Shown here piece by piece: positions 38,187 through 47,955 of a stretch of DNA of 64,000 bases. Position numbers and translations under genes: made by a program. Source of the DNA: Candidatus Pacearchaeota archaeon (GTDB taxonomy: Archaea > Nanobdellota > Nanobdellia > Pacearchaeales > GW2011-AR1); assembly GCA_038740375.1 (NCBI GenBank), contig JAVYLW010000003.1, forward strand, positions 4,545-68,544. Direction: 5' to 3'. Under the pieces are notes generated by a model, which was not told the DNA's origin, ran no database searches, and saw nothing but the letters and a program-made list of their open reading frames with translations. The stretch's first letter is position 1. Each line of letters starts with the position of its first letter.

Positions 38187-38446
38187 TAAATTATTATTAG
38201 CTAAGGGTTTTTAAAGATGTTGGTTATAGATTTTTCTAAATCGATATTTAATACTAAATTTTATTATCTGTTATTATTATGTGACTTTCGTTTAATTGTA
38301 TATATAATATTTCTATTTTTATTATGTCTAATTAAGTAATTAAAAGAATAAATAGTAATTTATTGAGCTAAGAAATATCTTTTAGATTGTAAATTTTTTA
38401 TAATCTTTTAAATAATATTTTTTTTTATATTGTTGATTTTTAAAAT

Positions 38447-39781
38447 TTAAACTTTTATTATTTCTATTTCTAATTGTTTTTTTATAAGTTCAATAAATCT
38501 TTCTTCATCTTTTTTATTTATTATGCAACCTGCTGCTTCTTTGTGACCTCCAGATTCTCCTCCTATTATAGAAGTTATGGAATCCATTAGTTCTCTTAAA
38601 TTTCTTGAATCTTTTGAATATTTTCCACATAATCTTGCTGAAACTTTTATTTTTTCGTTGTGATAAGCCATTGCTATTATAATAGTTCCTTCTTGATATA
38701 TTGAAGAAAAAGAAAGAATTGATGCTAAAGTTCCAATTATAGTATCTTTTATTTTGTCTTTTGCATTTATTATAACGTATTTTTTACCAGTTATATTGTT
38801 ATTTTTTTCTATATATCTTAAACCTGATATAATGTGTTGTCTGTATTTAATATATAATCTTTCTGCTTTTTTTCTTGCTTCAGTATTACCTAAACATAAC
38901 ATTAAAGCAATTTCAGGTTTATCCATTCTAGAACATGCGTTTATTATAGCAGAAAGTTCTCTTGCATCTTCTATTTTGTTAAAAAATTTTATAAGATATA
39001 AATTGCCTAAGTATTCAGAACCTTCGCTTGCAGGCAATCTTAGTAAAATTGCCGTGGTTAATCTTTTCATTTCTTCTTCATCTAATTCAATTAATGATTT
39101 AAAACTCTTATTTGTTTTTTCAATTCCAGCTTCTTTTAGAAGCTCATATGTTCCTTTTGAATCTCCTGTAACTCCTGGAATAAACGGTTTTGATGAAAAT
39201 TCTAATGCTTTATCAATTGGTCTTGTAGAAGGATATATCAAAAGTCCTTTTTTAATCTTTATATTAGCTTCATTAATTATGGTATTTCTAATTTTTGATA
39301 TATTTTTTTCTAAAGTGTCTCCGATAATTCCCAAAATAGCAAGATATGCTAAATTTTTATTTTCTTGAGAAATTGATTTAGCTACTAAATAGCAAAGTTC
39401 AGCAGTGCATAATTCTTCATAGTTCTCTTTTAGAAAGTGAGGATTTAATATTAGTATATTTTCAGGAATGTTGTTTGTTGAATACTCGTGATGATCTATT
39501 ATTAATATTTCTCTATCTAAGTTTTTTAATTCATTTAAACTTCCAGAACCTAAATCAAGAAGTATTATTATTCTTTCTTTTGGAAAGTTGTTTATTTCTT
39601 CTTTTGTTAGTTGTTTTACTATTTTTATTAAAAACTGTTTGTTTAGTTTTTCTAAAGTTTTAGATAATATAGCTGCTGAAGATATTCCGTCAGTATCAAA
39701 ATGTGCTATTATTTGTATTTTTTTGTTTTCTATTTTTTTTAAGAATAATTTAGAAAATCTCTCAATATGTTCTTGTAACAT
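38447..39781 (-). CDS. DHH/DHHA1 phosphoesterase, archaeal RecJ/Cdc45 (GAN)-like
   Basis: 444 aa. Motif I HFDTDGISS, DHH motif LIIDHHE, and DHHA1 motif GGHKEAAG. Confidence 0.75.
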   Translation of the reverse strand: MLQEHIERFSKLFLKKIENKKIQIIAHFDTDGISSAAILSKTLEKLNKQFLIKIVKQLTKEEINNFPKERIIILLDLGSGSLNELKNLDREILIIDHHEYSTNNIPENILILNPHFLKENYEELCTAELCYLVAKSISQENKNLAYLAILGIIGDTLEKNISKIRNTIINEANIKIKKGLLIYPSTRPIDKALEFSSKPFIPGVTGDSKGTYELLKEAGIEKTNKSFKSLIELDEEEMKRLTTAILLRLPASEGSEYLGNLYLIKFFNKIEDARELSAIINACSRMDKPEIALMLCLGNTEARKKAERLYIKYRQHIISGLRYIEKNNNITGKKYVIINAKDKIKDTIIGTLASILSFSSIYQEGTIIIAMAYHNEKIKVSARLCGKYSKDSRNLRELMDSITSIIGGESGGHKEAAGCIINKKDEERFIELIKKQLEIEIIKV

Positions 39782-40165
39782 TTTCCTCTTTTTTGCCTTT
39801 TTAATTTTAAATTATATTATTTTATTTATAAATATTTGTTTATAAATTTTTTTTTGAAATTATTTTTTTAATATTTTTGTGATTTTTTTCCATATTTTTA
39901 AAATTTTATAATAATTAATTTATTTTTTAATAAGTATAAATATTTTTATCGGTCTTGCTTAATATAATTTGAAAATTTAATTTAATCTTAAAATAATTTT
40001 TGTATTGTTTTTTAATAAAGTTATACAAAAAATATCTATGTTTTATTTTTTAAATTAGGAGATATTTTTAACAAAGTTATAAAAGATAAAGTTCTTTTCT
40101 TTTATAGGATAAAAAATAATAAGAAATGATAAGGAATGTATCTCTATTATCTTAATTTAGTTTTT

Positions 40166-40507
40166 TTATTTATTTAAATATTCTTCTCTTTTTTTTAATT
40201 TTGCTTTTGAGATAATATAAGCTCGTTCTGCTTTTTTGTCTTTTTTGTGTTTTTTGTTATGAGATTCAATTGCTAAGACTTTTTTCTTTAAGTTGATTAT
40301 ATTTGGATCTTGATATTTATCTCCTAAAACTTCTTTTATTCTAAATCCATATAATTTAACATTAGGTATGCCATATTGATCTCTTAAAGTCAGACCTATT
40401 TTTTCAGCAGTCATTCCTTTATTTGCTAATTTTAGAATAATAGCTCTTACTTCATCTGAAGTATACTTTAACCATATAGGTTTTTCTATTTTTTTAGTTT
40501 TTACCAT
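40166..40507 (-). CDS. rps15: Ribosomal protein S15 (S13e family)
   Basis: 113 aa. PIWLKYTSDEVRAIILKLANKGMTAEKIGLTLRDQYGIP...L.IESHNKKHKKDK matches archaeal S15P. Confidence 0.85.
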   Translation of the reverse strand: MVKTKKIEKPIWLKYTSDEVRAIILKLANKGMTAEKIGLTLRDQYGIPNVKLYGFRIKEVLGDKYQDPNIINLKKKVLAIESHNKKHKKDKKAERAYIISKAKLKKREEYLNK

Positions 40508-40570
40508 GTTTATTTTATAAAAGTTAGGTTTTTAAAGGTTATTATAATTTTATTTTTATAAAAGTCTTAA

Positions 40571-40643
40571 AGCCCCGTAGGACAGTGGTCAAGTCTACGA
40601 GCCTTTGGAGCTTGTGACCCAGGTTCGAATCCTGGCGGGGCTA
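40571..40643 (+). tRNA. tRNA-Gln (anticodon UUG)
   Basis: Folded by hand. Acceptor AGCCCCG/CGGGGCT (A1-U72, as is usual for archaeal tRNA-Gln), D arm GGAC/GTCT, anticodon arm CGAGC-CTTTGGA-GCTTG, T arm CCAGG-TTCGAAT-CCTGG, discriminator A. No encoded CCA. It is a G+C island in AT-rich DNA. Confidence 0.85.
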
Positions 40644-40906
40644 TTATATAGTTGATAGAAAATTGCAATATCTAAATTAAGGTAATTTGCATAATTAACG
40701 ATATTATAGGATATATCTATATCTAAAATTGAAAAAATGATTTAATTAAACTACTCTATAACATATATATTTTATTTCTACATTCTAATAAAATCTTTTT
40801 GATTTAAATTAGTAGAATTTTTACCTATCAAGAATGCTCGAACAATTTAACATTTATCATCGGTCATTTTAATAATCTATTAGATAATATTATTTAAACT
40901 CTATTT

Positions 40907-41512
40907 TTAATATCTTTCTTTATATCTTCCTCTAGATTCTATAATTTTAATTCTTCTTTTTATTTCTTCTGCATTTTTTGCATTATAATGTTTGAGAATA
41001 GATGTCCAACAATCTTTCCAGATTTTAAAGTGTTTTGCTTCTAAAGCTTTTTGAAGCAAATGAAGATCAACTGCTTTATCTTCAATTTTATTTGAATGAA
41101 ATGAAAGACCAAAATCTATGAAATAGACTTTATTTTCTTTTTCAACATAAATCATATTGCTAGTTGTTAAGTCACCGTGTATTATTCCTTGATTATGAAT
41201 TTTTGAAATGTTTGACGCGATTAATTTACATATTTTTTTGAAATTTAATTCTTCTAAATTTTCTGAAAGTTTTTTTCCATAAATAAATTCCATTGTAATC
41301 TCTTGTTCATAATCTGATTTTATTATTTTTGGAACTGGAATTATATTTTCAAGTTTTTTAATAATTTTAGTTTCTGATTTTGTTCTTGATTTTCGAAGTT
41401 TTTTATCTAGAATATCTATTCTGTAATTTTTTTTAATTCTTTTTTTAATTACTCTATTTTTATCTTTATAGATTATGGCTTCTGCTCCTTGTTGGATTAT
41501 TTGATATTCCAT
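40907..41512 (-). CDS. bud32: Bud32/PRPK-type small kinase (KEOPS subunit)
   Basis: 201 aa. GAEAIIYK, catalytic loop IIHGDLTTSNMIY, and DFGLS. The size and motifs are typical of archaeal Bud32. Confidence 0.8.
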   Translation of the reverse strand: MEYQIIQQGAEAIIYKDKNRVIKKRIKKNYRIDILDKKLRKSRTKSETKIIKKLENIIPVPKIIKSDYEQEITMEFIYGKKLSENLEELNFKKICKLIASNISKIHNQGIIHGDLTTSNMIYVEKENKVYFIDFGLSFHSNKIEDKAVDLHLLQKALEAKHFKIWKDCWTSILKHYNAKNAEEIKRRIKIIESRGRYKERY

Positions 41513-41591
41513 TATTTATTGATAAATAATTTTTTATATAAAAGGTATTTTTAGTTAAATTAATTTTTGAATGATTTATGTTTTAATTTTT

Positions 41592-42968
41592 TTAAAATCT
41601 TATTTTTTTTCCAAATTTTTTAGCAATTTTCATCATTTGTTTTTGGGAAAGTCCTTGACTTGGATCAAAATTTTCTAAATTTCCACTTCCTTTTACTAAC
41701 TCTTTTAAGAGCTTATATTGTTTTATTAATTGGCGTATATCAGCTGTTGTAGTGCCGCTTCCTTTTGCTATTCTTCCTAACCTCGATGTTTGTTTTTCTA
41801 ATATTTCAGGATTTTCAATTTCTTCTTTTGTCATAGAATCTATTGCATATTGCCATTTTTTCAATTTTTCTTCGCTTGCTCCCAACATTTCTTCAGAAAT
41901 TTTTGTTTTTGAAAATCCTGGAATCATTTCAATTATTTTTGAAAAACTTCCTACATTTCCCATATTTTTTAGCTGTTCTTGAAAATCTCTTAAATCAAAA
42001 TCTCCTTCTTTTAATTTATTTTTCAATTTTTTTTGAGAACTTTTGTCTATTGCTGATTCAACTTTTTCTAATAAACCTTCTAAATCTCCTAATCCTAATA
42101 GTCTACTAATAAATGATTTAGGGTTAAAAGTTTCAATGTCTCCAGGTTTTTCGCCTGTTCCTATGAAAAATACAGGTGCGTTTGTTTCATTACAAGCAGT
42201 TAAAGCGCCACCACCTTTTGCAGTAGAATCCATTCTTGTAATAATTACTCCATTGATATTACATGCTTTTTTAAATTCTGATGCTTGTTTTTTAGCAGCT
42301 TGACCAATATCAGCTTGAATTACTAAAATTATATAATCAGGATTTATTTCTTTATTTAATTCTGTTATCTCTTTAATTAATTCTTGATCAAGACTATGTC
42401 TTCCAGCAGTATCTATTATAACAAGATCAAAATTATCTAATTTTTCTTTAAACTTTTTGTAAGTTTTTATTGCATTTTTTTCTTCTTTATCAACAAAAAC
42501 TGGTATTTTTGTTTTTTCTCCTAATTGTAACAACTGATCTTTTGCTGCAGGTCTATGAACATCAAGCCCAAGCATTGCAACTTTAAAACCTCTTTTTGAA
42601 TAATAAGTAGCAAGTTTTGATGCAGTTGTCGTTTTTCCTGAGCCGTATAAACCTAATAATAATATTTTTGTTTTCTTACCTTTTTCTATTTTAAGTTCAT
42701 GTTTTTCTTTTCCTAATAAATTCAGTATTTCATCATGTAAAATTTTTGTTAAATGTTCTTTTCTTTCTATTCCTTTTATTTTTTCATTTTCTGCTTCTTT
42801 TCTTATTTTGTCTCCTAGTTCTTTTACAAGATATATATTTACATCTGCTTGAATTAGGGCTTTTTGTAAATCTTTAATTACAGATTCTATTGTTTTTTTA
42901 TCTAAGAACATAGCTCCAGCTATTTTATTAAATCCTTTTTTTAAAGCCGAGCTTAGGTTCTCTAACAT
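41592..42968 (-). CDS. srp54: Signal recognition particle protein SRP54
   Basis: N domain, G domain (GLYGSGKTTT, DTAGR, TRMDSTAKGG) and Met-rich M domain. The track start is TTG 43037; ATG 42968 (MLENLSSALKK...) matches the usual N-terminus. Confidence 0.9.
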   Translation of the reverse strand: MLENLSSALKKGFNKIAGAMFLDKKTIESVIKDLQKALIQADVNIYLVKELGDKIRKEAENEKIKGIERKEHLTKILHDEILNLLGKEKHELKIEKGKKTKILLLGLYGSGKTTTASKLATYYSKRGFKVAMLGLDVHRPAAKDQLLQLGEKTKIPVFVDKEEKNAIKTYKKFKEKLDNFDLVIIDTAGRHSLDQELIKEITELNKEINPDYIILVIQADIGQAAKKQASEFKKACNINGVIITRMDSTAKGGGALTACNETNAPVFFIGTGEKPGDIETFNPKSFISRLLGLGDLEGLLEKVESAIDKSSQKKLKNKLKEGDFDLRDFQEQLKNMGNVGSFSKIIEMIPGFSKTKISEEMLGASEEKLKKWQYAIDSMTKEEIENPEILEKQTSRLGRIAKGSGTTTADIRQLIKQYKLLKELVKGSGNLENFDPSQGLSQKQMMKIAKKFGKKIRF

Positions 42969-43176
42969 GTTTTTATATAGAAAATCATAGTTTATAGAGT
43001 TTTGTAATTTATTTTTTATAAGTTTAATATACTTCAAATATACTGTTATATAAATTTATTTTTTAAAAATAAACTATTGAAAATTTATTAAAAGTTAAAA
43101 AGTTATTTTGAATAATTTATTTTTTGATAATCTTTATAAATTATTAAATATTAATATTTTTAAAAGAATCTTTGTT

Positions 43177-44871
43177 ATGAATTTGAACTCCTATAAAAAA
43201 AGAATAAGAATATTTTGTTTTATCTTTATTTTTTTATTATTAATTATAAATATTTTTATATATTTTTTTTATTTGAAATATTTTTTATCTAAGATTAATT
43301 TTGAAAAGGAATTAAAAATAAAAGGAAGTGAACTTGCTAGTTTAAACTCTATTAATAAAAAAGATAATAAAGATAATATACTTTTTTCAGGTGGGAGCGG
43401 AACAATTGAAGATCCTTATAAAATATCTAATTGTTTGGAATTACAGAATATTAATTATAATTTAGATGCTAATTATGTTTTAATTCAAGATATAGATTGT
43501 TCTGAAACAAAAAATTGGAATAATGGAAAAGGATTTGAGCCTATAGGATCTTATAATAATTCTTTTAAAGGAAATTTTTATGGAAGAAACTATAAAATTA
43601 TCGGATTATTTGTAAATAAATCAAGCTTTTATTCAGGATTGTTTGGTTATATTAATAATAGTGTTATAACAGATGTTATTTTAGTTAACCCTGAAATAAT
43701 AGAAAATTGGTATGCTGGAAGTTTAGTTGGATATAGTTATAAAGGAATTATAATAAATTCTCATGTAAGAGGAGGTAATGTAATAGCTGTTAGGGCATTA
43801 GGGGGTTTAGTTGGTGCAAATTCAGGAAGTATAATAAATTCATCTGTAGAGAATGTTAATGTTTTTAGTTATGTGTTATATGTAGGAGGATATGTATGTA
43901 GTACTGCCGGAGGTTTAGCTGGTTCAAGTTCAGGAGAAATAATCAGTTCTTATTCGATTTCAAATGTAAGTTGCGGAGGTTCGAATTCTTTTAGTATAGG
44001 AGGATTAGTTGGGAGTGCTAGCGGTAGTATTATAAATTCTTATTCAAAAGGAGATGTTAGAGGTTATTATCAAGTTGGAGGATTAGTAGGCAGTAGTGGC
44101 AATCTTAGAATTATAAATTCGTATTCTTCTGGAAATATATACAATTTTATACAATCAGAGTCAGGAGGATTAGTTGGTTTTGTTGATGGAAATATAACTA
44201 TAATAAATTCTTTTTCAACAGCATCTTTAAATAGTAATAAAGCTAGAGGGCTTGTTGGCTGGATAATGGCTCTTAAAAAAATTGAAATTATAAATTCTTA
44301 TTGGAATAATCACTCGAATTCTTTAGCTTATTATTGTTGGTCCAATCAAACAAATAACTATAATGATGGTTGTGTTGCAATTCAAAATAACGAGCAATAT
44401 TTTTATTATATTAATAATCCTCCATTAGAATCATGGAATTTTAATTCTATTTGGGATGATAAAAATGATAAAGAAAATTTTCCTGTTTTAAAATGGCAAG
44501 AAAATTTTGTTGATTTTTGTAATAAAAATGGATTTTGTGATAATGGTGAAAGTTGTTCACTTTGTCCTTCTGAATGTGTATGCTCTTTAAACAGTCCTGA
44601 TTGTGTTCCTACTCATATAAGAGCAGATATTAAAGGATGTACTTGTATTCCAAAATGGGTTTGCACTAACTGGAGCGAGTGTATTAACTCAAAAAAAGAA
44701 AGAATATGTAAGGATATAAAAAACTGTGGTATAAACGATGGAAAACCTGCTGAAAATATTTCTTGTGGATGCGAAAATATAGGAATTTGCATAGATACAA
44801 ATTATAATAATAATGTTGAGGATGAAGAGATCTTATGTGCAATAAATAAATGGATAAATAGTAACAAATAA
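43177..44871 (+). CDS. GLUG-repeat surface protein with Cys-rich C-terminal modules; paralog of 18694-20640
   Basis: The track start is TTG 43108; ATG 43177 gives MNLNSYKKRIRIFCFIFIFLLL (signal anchor). SGGSGTIEDPYKISNCLELQNIN...DIDCSETKNW, repeated GGLVG...I.NSY units, then FCNKNGFCDNGESCSLCPSEC and CIPKWVCTNWSECIN modules. Confidence 0.8.
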   Translation: MNLNSYKKRIRIFCFIFIFLLLIINIFIYFFYLKYFLSKINFEKELKIKGSELASLNSINKKDNKDNILFSGGSGTIEDPYKISNCLELQNINYNLDANYVLIQDIDCSETKNWNNGKGFEPIGSYNNSFKGNFYGRNYKIIGLFVNKSSFYSGLFGYINNSVITDVILVNPEIIENWYAGSLVGYSYKGIIINSHVRGGNVIAVRALGGLVGANSGSIINSSVENVNVFSYVLYVGGYVCSTAGGLAGSSSGEIISSYSISNVSCGGSNSFSIGGLVGSASGSIINSYSKGDVRGYYQVGGLVGSSGNLRIINSYSSGNIYNFIQSESGGLVGFVDGNITIINSFSTASLNSNKARGLVGWIMALKKIEIINSYWNNHSNSLAYYCWSNQTNNYNDGCVAIQNNEQYFYYINNPPLESWNFNSIWDDKNDKENFPVLKWQENFVDFCNKNGFCDNGESCSLCPSECVCSLNSPDCVPTHIRADIKGCTCIPKWVCTNWSECINSKKERICKDIKNCGINDGKPAENISCGCENIGICIDTNYNNNVEDEEILCAINKWINSNK

Positions 44872-44895
44872 TAAAAAAATTTACATAATCTTTAA

Positions 44896-45651
44896 ATGAA
44901 TAACTATAAAAAATATGAGAAAAGAAAAAATATTATAGAAACTAATAAAAAATTAATTTTGATTATTTTAATATCTTTAATTATTCTAATATTATTAATT
45001 AATTTTTGTTATTCTTCAAATTTGAGGCAAGTTGTTCCTTTGTTTGTAAGGTCAAATTCAAACTTCGATATAACTTATATTGCTTCTGATGTTCCTGAAA
45101 AATGGGGAGCTATAATTGTTCAAAATTTTTCAGGAGAATGTTTTATTGATGGAAAAAAAATATATAAAGGAGTAATGCTTTCAACAGAAGGATTAGTTAA
45201 AAAAATAACCGTTTCAACATTAGGTGAAGGTTCATGTATTCTATCAGGTTATTATCAATTTTCAGAAGATATAAATCCAACCAATTTTCAGGAATTATTT
45301 ATTTTAATAAAAAATGACTGTGGTTCAGAATGTTCTTTAGATTCTATAAATCAGAATTCTGGAGTTTCTGGAGGAATTGGTGGAGTAGGAATTTCTTCTG
45401 TTATTTCTGAGAATAATCAAACTAAAAATAAAAATTTTAGTAATAATATTAATTTTATAGAAAGCCAAAAAATAAAAAACGAAACTTCTGAAAATGAATT
45501 TCCTAAAATAGAATCCAAAAAAAATAATAAAAATTTCGTTAAATATTCTCTTTTGTCTTTTTTAATAATAGGAATTGTCTTTATTATCTTTTTTTATTTT
45601 TTTAGAAAAATTTTCTTTATAAAAAATAAATTTCATTTAAAAATTTATTAA
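44896..45651 (+). CDS. Hypothetical anchored surface protein (251 aa)
   Basis: N-terminal TM (LILIILISLIILILLINF), a globular middle region, a Gly/Ser linker, and a C-terminal TM (LLSFLIIGIVFIIFFYFF). Confidence 0.55.
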   Translation: MNNYKKYEKRKNIIETNKKLILIILISLIILILLINFCYSSNLRQVVPLFVRSNSNFDITYIASDVPEKWGAIIVQNFSGECFIDGKKIYKGVMLSTEGLVKKITVSTLGEGSCILSGYYQFSEDINPTNFQELFILIKNDCGSECSLDSINQNSGVSGGIGGVGISSVISENNQTKNKNFSNNINFIESQKIKNETSENEFPKIESKKNNKNFVKYSLLSFLIIGIVFIIFFYFFRKIFFIKNKFHLKIY

Positions 45652-45949
45652 ATAAAAGTATTAAAATGATTTATTTGTTAAAATATTCTATAAATTATAT
45701 ACGAATTTTAATATAACAAACCTCATTTTATTACAAAATTTTTGATTATTTTATGCTATCTATACCAAGGGGATAATTCTAGTTATTAGTAGTTATTTAT
45801 AAAATTAATATTGTTTTGTTATTTTCTATTTTTCATTAGCAAATATTTTAATGAATATTTTAGGTTTAAATTTAGAAGCAGAGAGACCAAACATTTATAA
45901 AATATAATATTTTATAAATTAATATTGAAGATTATATAAAGCAAAAAAG

Positions 45950-47677
45950 ATGGAAAAAAGAAATTTAGGTCTTATTAGATTTATAGCATTTATATTTTTT
46001 TTATTAATTACAATTCAAGGTATTTTTGCAGTTACTAATAAACCAAAAGTAGCTTATATTTATAGATCTCAGGGATATATTGATGAAAATGTTGTTGATG
46101 TTTTTAATGAAGCTGGTTTAGAAACAGTGTTTATTTCAGAAAAGAAAATACCTAATGATTTATCAGAATACAGATTTATTTTTGTTGGAGATGAGTTTTT
46201 TAATGGAAATATACCTGTAAATAAATATCAGACAATTTTATTTAACTTTAATCAAGTAGAAAGAGCAGGTCTTGTTCCTTTAGGAGGTATTGGAAAACTT
46301 GCTTCAAAAGAACCTTTATCTGTTAGTATCAATGGGACTTTTGTTCCTGTTTATACAATTGCTAAAGATAATAACGGAGTTTCTATATCTTATTATTATT
46401 TAAATAACTTTAATAAAGCAAAATCTGTAAAGAGTGTGGCTAGTACTTATACTACAAGTTCTGGCCCTGATTTTGGTAATGTTATTGCTTTTGTTTCAAA
46501 AGGTGAAAAATTATTAAATAGTAAAAGTGCTGGAGGAGATATATGCTTTTTTGGAATAACTAAATCAAAATATTGGACAGATGAAGCAAGAAATTTGTTT
46601 AAAAGTTGTGTTGAATTTGTAAATAAACCATTATCTTCTGAGATTACTTGTCAAAAAGATTCAGATTGTGGAATTTCAGGTTTTATAGATGAACCTGTTT
46701 GTTCTGGAAATGATTTAGTTCAAAAATACGTTACTTATAAATGTAATAAACCTGGAACTTTTGAAAGTAGTTGTTCTAATAAAACTACTATGAAAATTGT
46801 TGAAAATTGTTTAATTTGTTCTAATAATACTTGTCAAAATGTGAAATGTTTTAAGAATAAAGATTGTGATGATAAAAATTCTTCAACTGAAGATATTTGT
46901 CATAAAGCAGGTAGCCTTGATGCTTATTGTATACATACTGTTAAAAAAGAAAAAATAGTCATTGTTTCATTTATAGCAACTCCTAGTGAAACAAGTGTAA
47001 AATTAGATTTTTCTACTAATATAAATAATTCTGTTGTGAAAAATTATAAATTAAAAAATGGTGGTAATGATTGGATTAATGTTGATAATAATAGTTATAT
47101 TTTTACAGGTTTAAATCCTGATACAGAATATACTTTTTATGTTCAGGCAATAGATTATTTAAATGATAGTTCTGATATAGTTAATATTACTGTTAGGACA
47201 TTATCTCTTCCAGAGCCTCCTCCACAACAACCATTACCTTCTTCTGGCGGTGGTGGAAGTTCAGGGCCTATTCAAGGACAATTTAGTTGGTGCAGTAATA
47301 ATTGGACATGTACACAATGGTCTGAATGTATTAATGGTTTTCAGACTAGAAGTTGCGGAGTGCCTCCTGGAAAATGTATTCCTGAAAGAGAAAAACCTGC
47401 TGAGAAAAGAGAATGTGTTCCTTCTTTAAATCAATCAATTTCTACTTCTTTGAGTGAAACAGAAGATGCTAATTCGAGAAAAGAGTTTAATGAAAAAATT
47501 CCTGAAAACTTACCTTTTACTGATACAAGTAATTTAGTTAATAATCCTATAACTGGTGCTGCAATTGCTGCAAATATAGGTAAATATTCTTGGATATGGA
47601 TTCCTGTTTTAATTGCAGGAATAGTTCTTGCATATTATTTTTTAGCTGGTGGAAGATTTAAGAAACAAAGAATATAA
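45950..47677 (+). CDS. Surface protein with Cys-rich region, FN3-like domain, Pro/Gly linker, WxCTxWSEC module and C-terminal anchor
   Basis: 575 aa. Signal peptide (IRFIAFIFFLLITIQGIFA). FN3-like TGLNPDTEYTFYVQAID. PPQQPLPSSGGGGSSGP linker. WCSNNWTCTQWSECINGFQTRSC. C-terminal TM plus RFKKQRI. Confidence 0.7.
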   Translation: MEKRNLGLIRFIAFIFFLLITIQGIFAVTNKPKVAYIYRSQGYIDENVVDVFNEAGLETVFISEKKIPNDLSEYRFIFVGDEFFNGNIPVNKYQTILFNFNQVERAGLVPLGGIGKLASKEPLSVSINGTFVPVYTIAKDNNGVSISYYYLNNFNKAKSVKSVASTYTTSSGPDFGNVIAFVSKGEKLLNSKSAGGDICFFGITKSKYWTDEARNLFKSCVEFVNKPLSSEITCQKDSDCGISGFIDEPVCSGNDLVQKYVTYKCNKPGTFESSCSNKTTMKIVENCLICSNNTCQNVKCFKNKDCDDKNSSTEDICHKAGSLDAYCIHTVKKEKIVIVSFIATPSETSVKLDFSTNINNSVVKNYKLKNGGNDWINVDNNSYIFTGLNPDTEYTFYVQAIDYLNDSSDIVNITVRTLSLPEPPPQQPLPSSGGGGSSGPIQGQFSWCSNNWTCTQWSECINGFQTRSCGVPPGKCIPEREKPAEKRECVPSLNQSISTSLSETEDANSRKEFNEKIPENLPFTDTSNLVNNPITGAAIAANIGKYSWIWIPVLIAGIVLAYYFLAGGRFKKQRI

Positions 47678-47955
47678 ATTAAAAAATAAATTTTTTTAAA
47701 GATTATCTTTTTTAATAATATTCTTATTTTAAGATATTAATCTATATGTAAAAAGAAGACTTTTATTGTTTGTAAAATATCTTTAAATTTTCTTGATTTT
47801 AATAATTAATATATAAATTATATTAATTTTTGTATTGTATTAAATAAATATTTGAAATAGTAATTCAAATATTAGTGACGATTATTCATAATATTTTTAT
47901 TAATATATATAAAATGTTTAGTTAGCTCTCAGTTTTTATTAAATTATAATTTTTT

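Noticed and set aside
38754-39845. Plus-strand ORFs of 204, 62 and 85 aa
   Set aside because: They are antisense to the DHH/RecJ-like gene, which carries clear DHH and GGH motifs.
41752-42303. Three plus-strand ORFs of 76-88 aa
   Set aside because: They are antisense to SRP54.
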